Below are positions 36,372 through 48,291 of a stretch of DNA of 64,000 nucleotides, in pieces (within the stretch, counting starts at the first letter, position 1; every line of letters begins with the position of its first letter). The translations under genes and the position numbers were made by a program. The DNA lies in the IMG/VR virus record IMGVR_UViG_3300021399_000126, positions 33,887-97,886 of that record; one strand, written 5' to 3'. Source of the stretch: a virus. Taxonomy: Duplodnaviria; Caudoviricetes. The notes under the pieces are model-generated. The model saw only the letters and a list, made by a program, of their open reading frames with translations, searched no databases and had not been told where the DNA came from.

Positions 36372-39300
36372 TTAAACTAAAGCAGCGTTTATGCTGTTAC
36401 GATTTGTAATAAGAAAAGGATTCATGCCTCCAGAAGCTACTGTGTTACGAGTCTGATCAACCATAGCACTGAAGAATGTGGATGCATCACCTTGTAATAC
36501 AACATTTACATTAATAGGTTGCTCTGTATTCTGAATAGCGTTGATGAGTTCAGCATTTGATTTGCTTAATACATCAGCGTAGGCAGCTTTAAGTCTATTA
36601 ACAGAATCATCATGAGTATACCTAATATTAGCATTAGCAGCTATTTGAGCTTGCTGAGTACTAAATAATGTGTCTAATTCACTTGCTCCACTCTCAACAT
36701 TCGACATATCTAAGACAGGTGTGATTGTGGGATTGGTATCTAGGTCTTCTGAGAACATTCCAGAAATCTGATTTATCGTATCTGATAAAGAGTCTATAGG
36801 ATTAGCTGTCAAACTATCAGCAGCATTAGATACAAGATAAGCATAATCTCTTATACCATTAGCAAGACCCATAACCCAGTACATACCATAATTATGTGTA
36901 ACTTTTGAAGGTGAATTAATCTGATTTGTTTTTTCTATTTCATTATTTCCAGCATCTGCCAATCCTTTAGCTGCTTTCTTAACAGTACTTGTATTATCTT
37001 TAATACCATCAGCATAACCTTGACTTGTATAAGACCCATTCTGCTTCATTCGTTTCTGTTGTTGTTCATAAGCAGATTGCATCTTATCCCAATATGATTG
37101 AGTCTTTTCCATAGCAGAAGACCAAGTTTCTTCAATTGCATTCGATAAATCAGTAGACCTGTCATTTATTTCATCAACCGCACTATCCATATATGTATCA
37201 GCACTATCTTTACCGGATAATGCAATATAATCTTCAGAGAATTCATATGCTCTATTAAATAAATCAGCTATGCTATCTGAAACATCTTGTACTCCATTCT
37301 CAAAAGCTAATTGAGCAGCTTCTATAGATGTCAGTCCCATTGTATTGCCAAGATCAGCAGGTTTAACAGTATCATCTATAACCGCTGGTAATAATTGGCC
37401 ACCTCGTTTCATACATTCAGCTATATATTGTGTGCTACTTAATGCTTTTCCAAATCCGTCAAGATAGAATACTCCATCTTCTTGCGATAATTTATTAAGA
37501 TAATCATGATCGAATATAGTTTTACTGGTATCAACATTTCTACCAGCTTTCTTCATCATATCACCGGCTGTAAATTGCCATAAATTACCAAGTTTGGATT
37601 TCATCTCTTCATCAAGAGCTTCATATTCAGCACTTGTAAACCATGTTTCAAGAGCTTCAGAATAATAGAATATAGCATCTTCACCAGCTTCTCCAGCAAG
37701 AGTCCTGATAGCAGTTGCTGTCATTCCACCTTTATTTACAGCAGTATCTAAAATTTGTTGTCCTGCTTCTGATGCACCATCTTTCATTTGGGTCATAGCA
37801 GAATCAAACGTATCAACTGCAGCAGATGTACCACTACCAATACCCTGATTAAGGCCATCATTAACAGCTTCTACAATTTCAGCTCCAGATTTACGATATC
37901 CGTCTAATAATGTGTTAGCTGCTTCATCAGGCAAGCTTAAACTTTCTGTAAATAAGCTATTAGCTTTAGCAAATTGGTCACTTGTCATCTCAAGGAATGA
38001 CTCAACATATTTATAACCTTGAGGACCAAGCTCTGATAAATATTGAATAAGTCCAGCAGATGCTCCTCTTTCAGCTAATATATCAATACCATTAGCCCAA
38101 TTTCTTATACCACGAAGTTGAGACTCCATATTATGTATAAGTTCTTTGGGATCTATGATATCTTCATCATTAAATCGCTCAAATATCTGCATTTGATTTT
38201 TAATGGTATCAGTTAACTCTTCAAGAGTTCCTTTAGTAGTTTGAGCAGCTGTTCCGACATCTCCTAAACCAGAGGCAAAATTATCAAGACCAGAGGTAGC
38301 TTTAGAAAAATCAAAGTTTTCAGCTATCTTATCGAGTCCTAATTTACCAGCTAAATCTCCAAAATTAAAGTTGCCAGAGAAAATATCTTTTACTGTCTGC
38401 CAACCTTTTGCAAGTTTATTGTCTTTGCCTAATATATTATTTATACCATTCTTAACTTTATTAATTCCACCAGTTATAATATTTCCAACTTTTGATCCTG
38501 AAAACCATCCTTTTACAGTGTTAAGGAAACCAGAACCAGCTGCATTACCAGCAGCTTGACCTGCATTCTGGAATGCGGGACATTGTTTCAAAGTTTCTTG
38601 TGTGAAACCTTGAGTACACATGTCTGCAACCCATTTAAACCATTTTGAAGGAGATGCTATACCCAAAGCTTTAAGTATAGGTGTTGTTATAGCATCTATT
38701 ATTCTTGTGGTTGTATCACCAATAGTTGTTATAGTACTATTAATACCTTCTGTGAATCCAGCAATAAGACTAATGGCTATATTAGCGCCTTGTTCTGCTA
38801 AATTCATTACACCAGCTACTGCTTCAACAATCTGCTGTATTCCTTGACTAATAGCATTAGCCATTAATGATATAGAAGCTGCTACATTTATTGCTGCAAT
38901 TCTTATTGATGTCGAGAACATTACTATTGACTTGGAAACATTAGGTATTATAGCCATCATCATGTTCAATAGCTGTATCATTATAGTCATTGGAGCAGCT
39001 ACTAAACTTACTATTACACTTGCTGCACCTAGTGCAATCATTCCTCCAGCTATGAACATAAGTCCCAAGCCTAACTGCATTAGATTACCACTTTGATTAA
39101 GTAGTGATAATGCAGTAACTAAAGCTGTAAATGCTGCTACACAAGGTGTTAATGCTAATGCTATCATTGATATAGCTGGAGCTAATACAGTAACACATAT
39201 AGTTGCTACGATCATTAAAATGGCAGCTAATACAGTTAATACTGCTGAAATTAACATTACTGGAACTGCTAATACTGCTAAGCCAATTCCTAATACTGCT

Positions 39301-42300
39301 AAACCTGCTCCTAATACAGCTAATACTCCACCTACACCAGCTATTGGTCCTCTATTTTCTATTAAAAATGATAAGAAGTTTTGTATTCCTTCCATGCCAC
39401 CCATAACATTACTCATTACTGCTAAAGCACCAGATAATGCTAATAAGCCAAGACTACCAACTATCGACCCAATACCGAGAACAAATAGTCCTAATCCTAA
39501 AGCTATAAAAGCTGCTGCTAATGCTGCTATTTTACCACCATTTTCAAATAAAGTTTTTAATTTTTCTATAAATTCATTAAAAGAACCAACTACTAAGCTC
39601 ATTACTTTAAGAGCTCCAGTTATGGCTAAAATTCCTAATGAAGCTACTATAGCACCAGCACCAAGTAATATTAATGCTAAACCAAATAATGCTATTGATC
39701 CAATAACATTATCAACACCTTCTTTGTTATCTATCATATATTGAAATACAGATACTAAAGTATTCTTTATTTCTTCTAAATGACTTAAACCATTTAATGT
39801 ATTATCTAAAACTTTTAATACACCTATAAATGCTAATATTCCAGCAGCTGATAATAATCCTCCAAGTCCAAAAACTATTAATCCGCCACCTAAATACATT
39901 AATGCAGTACCCATACGAATCATATCGTCAGCCATTGGTGCAAATTCTTTAGCTAAAGATATAATAGTTGGTAATCTTTCAATCATTTGGTCAATAAACT
40001 CTATTAATACGTCCTTAAGATCTAATGCCGCAGCTGTTAATAAACCAAATCCTATAATTAATGTAGCAAAGAATGGTGCTGCTAAAGCTAATGCTGCGCC
40101 TAATGCTATAACTATTATTCCAACAGCTACACCTATAGCTACAATTATAATACCTATAGCTCCAGCTAAAGCTAATAATCCAGGAGCTGCTACTGCACAT
40201 GCTATTCCTAAGCCCATTATAGCTTCACCAAGTGTTACAAAGCTCATATAATGTTCAGCTATATATTTACCAACTTCTCTTAACGATACTGTAAATGGCA
40301 TGAGAACATTAGTTAAGTTTATTATAGCATTTGATAATAATGATAATGAAGCTATAAATATAGTAATTGATCCTAATATAATATTTATTGCTAATGCTGC
40401 TATTATTACACCAGGCGCAAATAGAGTTAATAATCCTAAGAATATACCAAATGGTACTAATAAATCTTTAAATCCAGAAATAGCATCTATTAATGCTATC
40501 AATGATGCTGATAATGCTGTTAATTGAGATAATGTAGCTGTCAAACTTTGCATTGCTACTGCAAATGCTAACATAGCAACAGATGCTATTAATATACCAG
40601 GACCACCTAATGTAAGTATAGCAACTAATGCTGCAAACATACCTATAAATTGCCATGAAGGTCCAAGCGAAGATGTAAATACATCTCTCATATAAGCTAA
40701 TTTATCTGCTAATCCAACTAAATCAGATTGCGATAATATATTAACAGCTACTGCACCAGCTATCATTGCAGCAGCCATAACCATTATAACAGCCGCTCCA
40801 AGTAAAGCATATTGATTTAACTTAGATATAATTACAGCAACAACTGATAAAGCAGTTAATGCTCCAACCATAGCAAACAAAGTAACTATTACATCATTAA
40901 CTTTATCTGTTGGTATTAATGAAAGCATAATCATTGCTATTGATAATATAGTCAAACCAGATGCTAATTGTATACACATTACACCAATACTTGTCATATC
41001 ATCATTAGCTAATTTGCTAACAATGGTTAATACTGCAGATATAATTGTTAATGAGCTGACTAATGTTAGCATCATTGTTATGGTACTTCCAACTTTATCA
41101 GAGGGTACTAATGATAATGCGAACATTGCTGCGGCTAATATTGATATACCAGACGCTAATTGTATGCACATTACTCCTATTTGTGTATAATCTCCACTAC
41201 CATTAAATAGTTTATTCATAACCATTAATGCAGCAGATAATCCGCCAAGAGTAGCTGTTAATAATACTATTGTTCCAACCAATTGATTAATTCTATCAGA
41301 TGGAACTTGAGCCAATATAAACATTGCACTAGCTAATATTGTTATACCAATAGCAATTTGTGTAAACATACGGCCGATATTAACTGAATCACCTAAACTG
41401 CCACTACCACCTAAAAACTTTCCTAAAGAACCTATAACACCGCCTTCTTCAGCTAATGCTTGGCCATTAATTTTATTAATTAAACTTGTTATCAACAAAA
41501 ATACTGATAACATACCAAGTAACCTAGATGCAAAATTAGTAAATACAGATAATGTATCGGCATTAACATTCTCTAATGCTTTACCAGCAATAGCTATAGA
41601 TGCACCAATACTAATCATAACCAAAGCAAAACCACTAAATATAGTAGCTACTTGTAAAATATCTTTTGTATTAACAACACGTTTTCCGATATCACCAAAT
41701 TTTAATAACAAGAATGCTACACCACCTATTATAGCAATAGCAGCGGTTAATGCACCTATTTCTGCCAATGCAGTTTTAAGTGGAACACCCTTCATAATTG
41801 CAATTGATGTCGAAATTGTTAATGCTAATGAACCTAATAAAGCCAGCATTACACCTATATTTCTTATCTTTTCCATAGATGGAACTGCTTTATTATTTCC
41901 AAGTCTCTCAACCATTATCATTACAGCAACTAAAGCTGCACCAACTACTGCTCCTAATGATTGAATTATAGCAACAACGCCACCAGCATTAAATTTACTA
42001 GCAGATATTAATGTAACTGCACCAGCAACTATTACTGCTAATGATCCAATTATACCAATTAGTGCACCAATTGATTGAACTTTATCTAATGTTATGGTTT
42101 GACCACCTAACTTTTTAATCATCATTGTTACAGCAACTAAAGCTGCACCAACAACGGCACCTAATGACTGCATTACTGTAATAGCACCAGCGGCATTAAA
42201 TTTACCAAGTGATATCAAATATATAGATCCAGCAACAGTTGCTACTAGTCCACCTATAGCAACTAATATTAATGCTATACGTTCTAATGATTGAATTAAA

Positions 42301-45300
42301 GCTGTTGGATTACTTACCTTCCCGGCTTTTTCACCCATATCATTAAGTGCCCATATAGTTGCTATAACCATACCCATTATACTATAAAATATAACTAATG
42401 GATATATAAGTGATTCTTTATTAAATGTACCATTATTAATATCTTTATTTAACAATAAACTTAAAGCTGATATTTCTACAATAAATAATTCTATTGCTGA
42501 GAATATAACTATTAATGGCTTGAAAAGTGCTTCTATAGAATCAGCATCCTTCTTTTTAGAAGTAAAGCCATTCTTATCAGTCTTCTCAAATACAGAACCT
42601 AATTGACCCATAACAGCCATTAAAGCTATTAATGGAGCCATTACAGCATTTATAGCTATAATTCCAGGAATAAGAGATCTCGGATCTTTAAATGTCGAGA
42701 ATAATGCCATTACAGATAATAATTCACCGACCAATACAATAATAGGTATCATTGACTGTAATACATTCTTACCAGCACTATTATCGCCTTTGAAATTTCG
42801 TCCAAGTACTACTAATGCACCAGCAATCATTCCCATTACTGATGCTAATATAACTAATGATGTTCCTAATACAAGTATTCCTTGCCAAGGATTATCTTTG
42901 TACTGATTCCAGAATAACATTGATGCTCCAACAAGAGCTATCATAGTTATTGTTAAAGCTATTATAGATCCAGTAATAGATCTTATAGTAACTACAAGAG
43001 AATCAAATATCTTTTCATCTACTTCTCCCTTTTTAATATCTTTACCAGCTTTAACAAATACATTAACAAGTAATATAAGTGCTCCAATAATACTAGCAAC
43101 TAAAACAACACTCATTCCTAATGCTGCAGCTGTATTGCCAACTCCAATTTTAGATATGGAATAAGATAATAAAGTCATTATGCCAGCTATGCCAGCCATA
43201 ACTACAATTAAAGTAATACTTAATTGTGCAAATATCTTAGATAATCCGGCCATACCGGTATATAATTTATTTAAATCTGTCTTTGTCTTTTTAGATATAT
43301 TTGCTAATTGTGTGCTAACAATTGCAAATGCTGCTAATATAGCAACAGCAGTAGCACCAACAGCAACCCAAAGTCTCCAATCACTCATTGCAGTAATCAT
43401 GGATTCAGCAAGAGGATTGTCATTAAATATACCCATTACTGCTACAACTAATCCAAAGCCAATAGCAAGTAATGTTAATGATAATATAACTTTACTTAAT
43501 GCAAATGATGCTTTATTAATATATACACTTAATACTGTTAGTCCAAGAACAAGAGATATAAGTACTGCTATCTCCTTAAATGTCATACTAGTAATCTTCT
43601 GAATATTAGCACTAAATCCATCACTAATACTAGCCAATGCATTACTAAATAACTTAAGTGCATAACTATAAGCAAATATAAGTACTGTACCAGCTGTTAA
43701 CTGAACCGTATTTTTACTTAATATAAATATTATAGCAGTCATAGTTCCTAATAATATAACTAAAACTGCTAATCCTTTCCATAATGAAGCTGTATCTATT
43801 TGTGATAATGTTGATAATGAATTAGTTAACATCATTATAGAAAATGATAAAGCAGCTATCATCATAGCTATTGAAAATAAATCAAATACTTTTGATATAG
43901 CAGAACCTAAAGATTTTATCGCCTCTCCAGCATTCTTTATAGTTTTTAGTTTATCAGTAACTGTTACTAATCTAGAAAATACAACAACTAATGCAGTAAT
44001 GGCAGTTAAGAATATACCCATAACTATAGCTGCTTGCTTAAGTCCTTTAGGATCAAAATTAGCAACCAATACTAATAACGCCATAGCTTTAGCAAGGTTA
44101 AACAATGCCTGACTTATCTGATCGAATGCTTCTGCCCATATTCTTCCAGCTTTAGCTTTTAATACTCTTCCAAATCCTTCAAATACTTCTGTAGCTTCTC
44201 CAACAACTCTAGCTATATTAAATACTAATGTTATTATTGCTGCTGCATATGCTATAATAATTATCTGACCAACTGATATATTACTTACAAAAGTACTAAC
44301 TTTATCCCAAATTGTACTTATTACAGAACCTATACTAGTAAATATCTTTTCTAATGTACTAGTATCTTCTTGCAATTCATCAACATTCTGACCGGTCTCT
44401 TCTACAGCATCACTAAAAGATTGAACTTGCTCTAATTGTCTATCTAAAGATTGACGTGCGTTATCGGATACTTCAATCTTTGTAGCGTCATTCAAATTGA
44501 AAATATCTTTTTTATCAGTTGCATATTCTTTGACAGCTTCTTTTACTCGATCAGTAAATCCTCTATTTAAAGATTCTGCTAAATGCTCACCAGCTTTTTC
44601 AACTTTTGGTTCAGTTTCTTCTGTACCTTCGGCAGCACCGAGTCCATAAAATCTACCAGACTTTTTACCAACTCTAGCAGGAGAATGAATACCTAATACT
44701 TTATCAAATGCTGAACTTAACGCTATTCCTAATCTAGATCCAACTTTAGCTAATGGACCGATCATATTTTGAGCACCTTGTACTATACCTTGTACAAAGT
44801 TTCCACCACGAACAGCACCAAAAGCTTCTGTTAAACTTGATACATCTCCTCTAAAGAAAGAATCAAAAGCTTTTATAATATTTCTTATTGCTGTTATAAA
44901 ATTGTTTAATCCATTTATGGCAAATATAACAGCATTTCCTATAAATTCAAATACATTTGCAAAATGTAATGCTTGCTCATCAGCACCAAGAAAACCAGCC
45001 AATAAACTTTTTACTGGTCCTAATGCTAACTGTATAGCATCAAATATAGTTCTTCCTAAATCAAAGAAAAGTCCTACTAAATTTCCAACTATATTTAATA
45101 TAAAAGTTAATGTTTCAAGAAACTTATTCCAACTACCAGCACCAAATATACTGTCTATAATACCGGGTATAATATCAAGATTTGCTGCTATATCGATTAT
45201 AGTTTGGACTATAGCTACACCCATTACTATAATAGATAATAGAGCTTTACCAACAAAACTCAATACCTTACCTACTATTCGTAAAGGTTTAAGTAATGTT

Positions 45301-46769
45301 GCTAAGCTACTTGATACCTTGTCAATTTCTTCATCAGACATTATAAGATATTCTGAGAATATCTTTAACACTCTTGTCGCTTTTAAAAACTCTAAATATA
45401 AATTCGATACTGTTCTTGTTGCACCAGTTGATTTATCTATGACAACAGTTGTTGTTCCAAATATCTTATCTATTGTCATCTTGACTGTATCGCCAAGTGT
45501 ACCAAAAGCTTTAGACAAATTTATTAATGTAGCTTGTAAATCTTCTCTTCCACCAAGAGCTGCCCAAGCCTCAAGAGCAGTATTTCTTACTTCATTAAAT
45601 ACAGATATTACTTTTTCGATAGGTTTTGAAACTTCTGTCCAAAGATGTTTAGCCTGTTCCAAATCACCGAAAATTATTTTCCAAGTTTCAGCCCAACCAG
45701 TACCAGCTGCTTCTGTTAATGTCTCCCACATTTGTTTAAAAGACTTAACTTCTGTAGCTGCTTTGAATGCCGTTGATGCTAATTCAACTTCCCAATCTTC
45801 TAATGTGCCATAAGTTTCACTAACATATTTCGTTACTCCAGTAGCAGAATCTTTAATTTCTTCAAATGCTTTGCCAACTTTATTACCAGCGGCATCTACT
45901 GCATAAAATCCATCTTCAAATTCTTTTATCTGCCTAGAATATTTTTGTAAAGTCTCAATTATTACATCTGTAGTAAGCCATTTCTCACTTAAACTACCTC
46001 TAAAATCAGAATATGCTTTCTTAGCTATTTCTGAATCTTTAGTAAACTTCTTCATCTGAACAGCGGTATCAACAAATGCTTTACGCATTGTCTTATTACC
46101 AATAGTTGAGTTCTCTAAAGATTTCCAGTCAATAAGCTGCATATATCCAAGCTGTAATGACTGAGCTAAATTATAATAAGCACTAAATAATTGCTGGTTA
46201 TTAGCACCAACTGTTGCTGCTGCAGATGAAAGACCCTGAATAGCTTTAGTAGCAGGACCAAGATCAACTCCGGCTGCTGCAAACTTACCTATAGCTTGAG
46301 TCATCTGACCAAAACTATAAATAGTTCTATCTGCATATTCGTTTAATACATCTAATGCTGCAGTAACTTCTGGCAGGGTTGTATCTGTTAAGTTAGACAT
46401 AATAACCTGAGTAGAATTCATCTGCTCAGAATATTCTGCAAAACCACTTTTTACAGGAGCTATAGCAAAAGCGTTGATGAGTTGACTACCCATCGCCATA
46501 GCTCTGTTTGTTATGTTAGAAATGGCTGTAATCGCCACAACTTCCATAGCTGAAAAACCATTTTTTAATCCTTCAACAGCTGTAACAGCAGGATTAAGAT
46601 TAAAATTTTTAGCTGATTTTTCTATATTTTGTAATCCCTTTGTGCCATCTGCAAGCTGAAGGGATCTTTCAAGTTTTTCCAAACTCTTAATCGAGGCATC
46701 AATATTAGGATCAAACTCGCGGTTATCAAACCGCATCTGGACGACTTTATCTTCTACATCATACGCCAT
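36372..46769 (-). CDS. Tail tape measure protein
   Basis: 3465 aa, Ala/Gly-rich amphipathic repeats, LN.YAD.TIYSF..MT tape-measure domain, (H/A/N)SP motifs. Confidence 0.95.
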   Translation of the reverse strand: MAYDVEDKVVQMRFDNREFDPNIDASIKSLEKLERSLQLADGTKGLQNIEKSAKNFNLNPAVTAVEGLKNGFSAMEVVAITAISNITNRAMAMGSQLINAFAIAPVKSGFAEYSEQMNSTQVIMSNLTDTTLPEVTAALDVLNEYADRTIYSFGQMTQAIGKFAAAGVDLGPATKAIQGLSSAAATVGANNQQLFSAYYNLAQSLQLGYMQLIDWKSLENSTIGNKTMRKAFVDTAVQMKKFTKDSEIAKKAYSDFRGSLSEKWLTTDVIIETLQKYSRQIKEFEDGFYAVDAAGNKVGKAFEEIKDSATGVTKYVSETYGTLEDWEVELASTAFKAATEVKSFKQMWETLTEAAGTGWAETWKIIFGDLEQAKHLWTEVSKPIEKVISVFNEVRNTALEAWAALGGREDLQATLINLSKAFGTLGDTVKMTIDKIFGTTTVVIDKSTGATRTVSNLYLEFLKATRVLKIFSEYLIMSDEEIDKVSSSLATLLKPLRIVGKVLSFVGKALLSIIVMGVAIVQTIIDIAANLDIIPGIIDSIFGAGSWNKFLETLTFILNIVGNLVGLFFDLGRTIFDAIQLALGPVKSLLAGFLGADEQALHFANVFEFIGNAVIFAINGLNNFITAIRNIIKAFDSFFRGDVSSLTEAFGAVRGGNFVQGIVQGAQNMIGPLAKVGSRLGIALSSAFDKVLGIHSPARVGKKSGRFYGLGAAEGTEETEPKVEKAGEHLAESLNRGFTDRVKEAVKEYATDKKDIFNLNDATKIEVSDNARQSLDRQLEQVQSFSDAVEETGQNVDELQEDTSTLEKIFTSIGSVISTIWDKVSTFVSNISVGQIIIIAYAAAIITLVFNIARVVGEATEVFEGFGRVLKAKAGRIWAEAFDQISQALFNLAKAMALLVLVANFDPKGLKQAAIVMGIFLTAITALVVVFSRLVTVTDKLKTIKNAGEAIKSLGSAISKVFDLFSIAMMIAALSFSIMMLTNSLSTLSQIDTASLWKGLAVLVILLGTMTAIIFILSKNTVQLTAGTVLIFAYSYALKLFSNALASISDGFSANIQKITSMTFKEIAVLISLVLGLTVLSVYINKASFALSKVILSLTLLAIGFGLVVAVMGIFNDNPLAESMITAMSDWRLWVAVGATAVAILAAFAIVSTQLANISKKTKTDLNKLYTGMAGLSKIFAQLSITLIVVMAGIAGIMTLLSYSISKIGVGNTAAALGMSVVLVASIIGALILLVNVFVKAGKDIKKGEVDEKIFDSLVVTIRSITGSIIALTITMIALVGASMLFWNQYKDNPWQGILVLGTSLVILASVMGMIAGALVVLGRNFKGDNSAGKNVLQSMIPIIVLVGELLSVMALFSTFKDPRSLIPGIIAINAVMAPLIALMAVMGQLGSVFEKTDKNGFTSKKKDADSIEALFKPLIVIFSAIELFIVEISALSLLLNKDINNGTFNKESLIYPLVIFYSIMGMVIATIWALNDMGEKAGKVSNPTALIQSLERIALILVAIGGLVATVAGSIYLISLGKFNAAGAITVMQSLGAVVGAALVAVTMMIKKLGGQTITLDKVQSIGALIGIIGSLAVIVAGAVTLISASKFNAGGVVAIIQSLGAVVGAALVAVMIMVERLGNNKAVPSMEKIRNIGVMLALLGSLALTISTSIAIMKGVPLKTALAEIGALTAAIAIIGGVAFLLLKFGDIGKRVVNTKDILQVATIFSGFALVMISIGASIAIAGKALENVNADTLSVFTNFASRLLGMLSVFLLITSLINKINGQALAEEGGVIGSLGKFLGGSGSLGDSVNIGRMFTQIAIGITILASAMFILAQVPSDRINQLVGTIVLLTATLGGLSAALMVMNKLFNGSGDYTQIGVMCIQLASGISILAAAMFALSLVPSDKVGSTITMMLTLVSSLTIISAVLTIVSKLANDDMTSIGVMCIQLASGLTILSIAMIMLSLIPTDKVNDVIVTLFAMVGALTALSVVAVIISKLNQYALLGAAVIMVMAAAMIAGAVAVNILSQSDLVGLADKLAYMRDVFTSSLGPSWQFIGMFAALVAILTLGGPGILIASVAMLAFAVAMQSLTATLSQLTALSASLIALIDAISGFKDLLVPFGIFLGLLTLFAPGVIIAALAINIILGSITIFIASLSLLSNAIINLTNVLMPFTVSLREVGKYIAEHYMSFVTLGEAIMGLGIACAVAAPGLLALAGAIGIIIVAIGVAVGIIVIALGAALALAAPFFATLIIGFGLLTAAALDLKDVLIEFIDQMIERLPTIISLAKEFAPMADDMIRMGTALMYLGGGLIVFGLGGLLSAAGILAFIGVLKVLDNTLNGLSHLEEIKNTLVSVFQYMIDNKEGVDNVIGSIALFGLALILLGAGAIVASLGILAITGALKVMSLVVGSFNEFIEKLKTLFENGGKIAALAAAFIALGLGLFVLGIGSIVGSLGLLALSGALAVMSNVMGGMEGIQNFLSFLIENRGPIAGVGGVLAVLGAGLAVLGIGLAVLAVPVMLISAVLTVLAAILMIVATICVTVLAPAISMIALALTPCVAAFTALVTALSLLNQSGNLMQLGLGLMFIAGGMIALGAASVIVSLVAAPMTIMIQLLNMMMAIIPNVSKSIVMFSTSIRIAAINVAASISLMANAISQGIQQIVEAVAGVMNLAEQGANIAISLIAGFTEGINSTITTIGDTTTRIIDAITTPILKALGIASPSKWFKWVADMCTQGFTQETLKQCPAFQNAGQAAGNAAGSGFLNTVKGWFSGSKVGNIITGGINKVKNGINNILGKDNKLAKGWQTVKDIFSGNFNFGDLAGKLGLDKIAENFDFSKATSGLDNFASGLGDVGTAAQTTKGTLEELTDTIKNQMQIFERFNDEDIIDPKELIHNMESQLRGIRNWANGIDILAERGASAGLIQYLSELGPQGYKYVESFLEMTSDQFAKANSLFTESLSLPDEAANTLLDGYRKSGAEIVEAVNDGLNQGIGSGTSAAVDTFDSAMTQMKDGASEAGQQILDTAVNKGGMTATAIRTLAGEAGEDAIFYYSEALETWFTSAEYEALDEEMKSKLGNLWQFTAGDMMKKAGRNVDTSKTIFDHDYLNKLSQEDGVFYLDGFGKALSSTQYIAECMKRGGQLLPAVIDDTVKPADLGNTMGLTSIEAAQLAFENGVQDVSDSIADLFNRAYEFSEDYIALSGKDSADTYMDSAVDEINDRSTDLSNAIEETWSSAMEKTQSYWDKMQSAYEQQQKRMKQNGSYTSQGYADGIKDNTSTVKKAAKGLADAGNNEIEKTNQINSPSKVTHNYGMYWVMGLANGIRDYAYLVSNAADSLTANPIDSLSDTINQISGMFSEDLDTNPTITPVLDMSNVESGASELDTLFSTQQAQIAANANIRYTHDDSVNRLKAAYADVLSKSNAELINAIQNTEQPINVNVVLQGDASTFFSAMVDQTRNTVASGGMNPFLITNRNSINAALV

Positions 46770-47143
46770 TATTTCCTAACCTCCTTCCATGCCTCTTCAG
46801 CTATTTCTTCAAAAATAGGGGCCATGGCTGGATTAATATAATCAATACCTTTAACATAGCCCCCGTTTCTTGTTCCATGACCATATTGCAATATAACTGC
46901 TATCGGAACTCCATCCTCAATATTAGTATTTCTCCAATTTATAGTCACAGTATGATTTTCTCTTTTTATATCATAAGTCCAAGATTCAGCAGTTTTTCCT
47001 GTATCTTTTGGGGTAGCATCTCTTAAGGCATCAACTCCTTGTTTACCATATCTGTCTAATAACCCGGAGTGTATTACCTCTTTGAGTCGTTCAAGGTAAC
47101 TATCAGTTTTTTTAAATTTAGGAACACAAGAAATAGTCACCAT
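46769..47143 (-). CDS. HK97 gp10-like neck/tail protein
   Basis: TPKDTG.TA.SW...LQYGH.TR.GG. Confidence 0.8.
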   Translation of the reverse strand: MVTISCVPKFKKTDSYLERLKEVIHSGLLDRYGKQGVDALRDATPKDTGKTAESWTYDIKRENHTVTINWRNTNIEDGVPIAVILQYGHGTRNGGYVKGIDYINPAMAPIFEEIAEEAWKEVRK

Positions 47144-47163
47144 TTTGAATTTTCCTCCTAAGT

Positions 47164-47724
47164 TTAAGGTTTTCTATGAGCAGCTCTTCTTGCCGCATTT
47201 ACACTACGATATTTACTATTTAAATCAGCTTTGCTCATCTTCTTAGGATCTTGATTCTTTATACCGCAAATTCTTATTAAAGTTAAAAGTCTATTTAAAT
47301 GCCATTTTTGACATTCAAATGGTATTTGTGATGCTACCATATAATAGTATATCATTTCACTTGACAACTTTTCATCTTGTCGTGGACCTTTTTTTGATGT
47401 CTTTTTTATGTTGTCTTCATTAAAATGAGTAGCTGTCATAGGATCTTGTATATAATCGTTTATTTTCTTGATCGTTTCTGAATTTAATGAAAGATATACT
47501 AATGGATCTACATTTTGAGTTAATGTCATACATTTTATATAGTCAAGCATCTCTTCAGGAGTCTTCTTAACATTTTCATCTAAAAAGATTTTATGATGTT
47601 TCGATTCCCATTTTGAAACTGAAACTAAAGAATGCTCTAACTGAAGAGTTGTTCCCTTGACTTTTATAAATTTACTTGTTTCTTCATCAAAAAGATCTGC
47701 CGGAGGAATTATTAATGTTAACAT
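47164..47724 (-). CDS. Tail assembly-associated protein
   Basis: LEHSLVS.SKWES...WHLNRLLTLI; between chaperone and TMP. Confidence 0.6.
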   Translation of the reverse strand: MLTLIIPPADLFDEETSKFIKVKGTTLQLEHSLVSVSKWESKHHKIFLDENVKKTPEEMLDYIKCMTLTQNVDPLVYLSLNSETIKKINDYIQDPMTATHFNEDNIKKTSKKGPRQDEKLSSEMIYYYMVASQIPFECQKWHLNRLLTLIRICGIKNQDPKKMSKADLNSKYRSVNAARRAAHRKP

Positions 47725-47742
47725 AACAATCCTCCTTATATA

Positions 47743-48201
47743 TTAATTAGATGAGGAGGGCATAGGTACGACTTCTGCTTCTGTAGTTTCAGGAGTCTTC
47801 TGCTTATCAAGTTCAGCCTGAGCCTTAGCAGCAACATCTCTAGGCATAATACCAAGGAAGAACTCTGTCTGAGCTTTTTCATCAGAAATAAGACGCATGA
47901 AAAGCTCTGAATAAGCATCTGTCGAAAGGAATTCTTCTGCAAGATCTTTATTTTTTCTAAATTTATTATCTTCAGTTCTTATGCCATAAGCCTTAACAAT
48001 AAGCATCTCGAAAAGATCCATAATCTTCTTAGGATCGGGCTTTCCAGAAAGAGGATGAATTATAGAATCAATATACTTATCAAGTCCATCTTCATAGCTA
48101 AGCTGAAGTTTTGTAATTTCAGCTTTTGTAAGATTAAAATAAAGATCTTTTGTTACCTTCTCACCATCAAAATTTTCATAAGTTACACTTGTTTTATACA
48201 T
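47743..48201 (-). CDS. Tail assembly chaperone
   Basis: Y..FDG.....LYFNL..AE...AYG; directly after the major tail gene. Confidence 0.7.
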   Translation of the reverse strand: MYKTSVTYENFDGEKVTKDLYFNLTKAEITKLQLSYEDGLDKYIDSIIHPLSGKPDPKKIMDLFEMLIVKAYGIRTEDNKFRKNKDLAEEFLSTDAYSELFMRLISDEKAQTEFFLGIMPRDVAAKAQAELDKQKTPETTEAEVVPMPSSSN

Positions 48202-48247
48202 AAGTTTACTCCTTTCAAAAGTAAATTAATATAGTATTTAAAAAGAA

Positions 48248-48271
48248 AGGGCGGTTTTATAGTTGCCGCCC
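48248..48271 (-). terminator. Intrinsic terminator after the major tail gene
   Basis: GGGCGGC...ACCGCCC followed by TTTCTTTTT. Confidence 0.7.
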
Positions 48272-48291
48272 ACAACTTTAAATCTTTACCA

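Noticed and set aside
47164-48201. Programmed frameshift in the tail chaperone genes
   Set aside because: The two ORFs are separate, each with its own SD; no clear slippery overlap was seen
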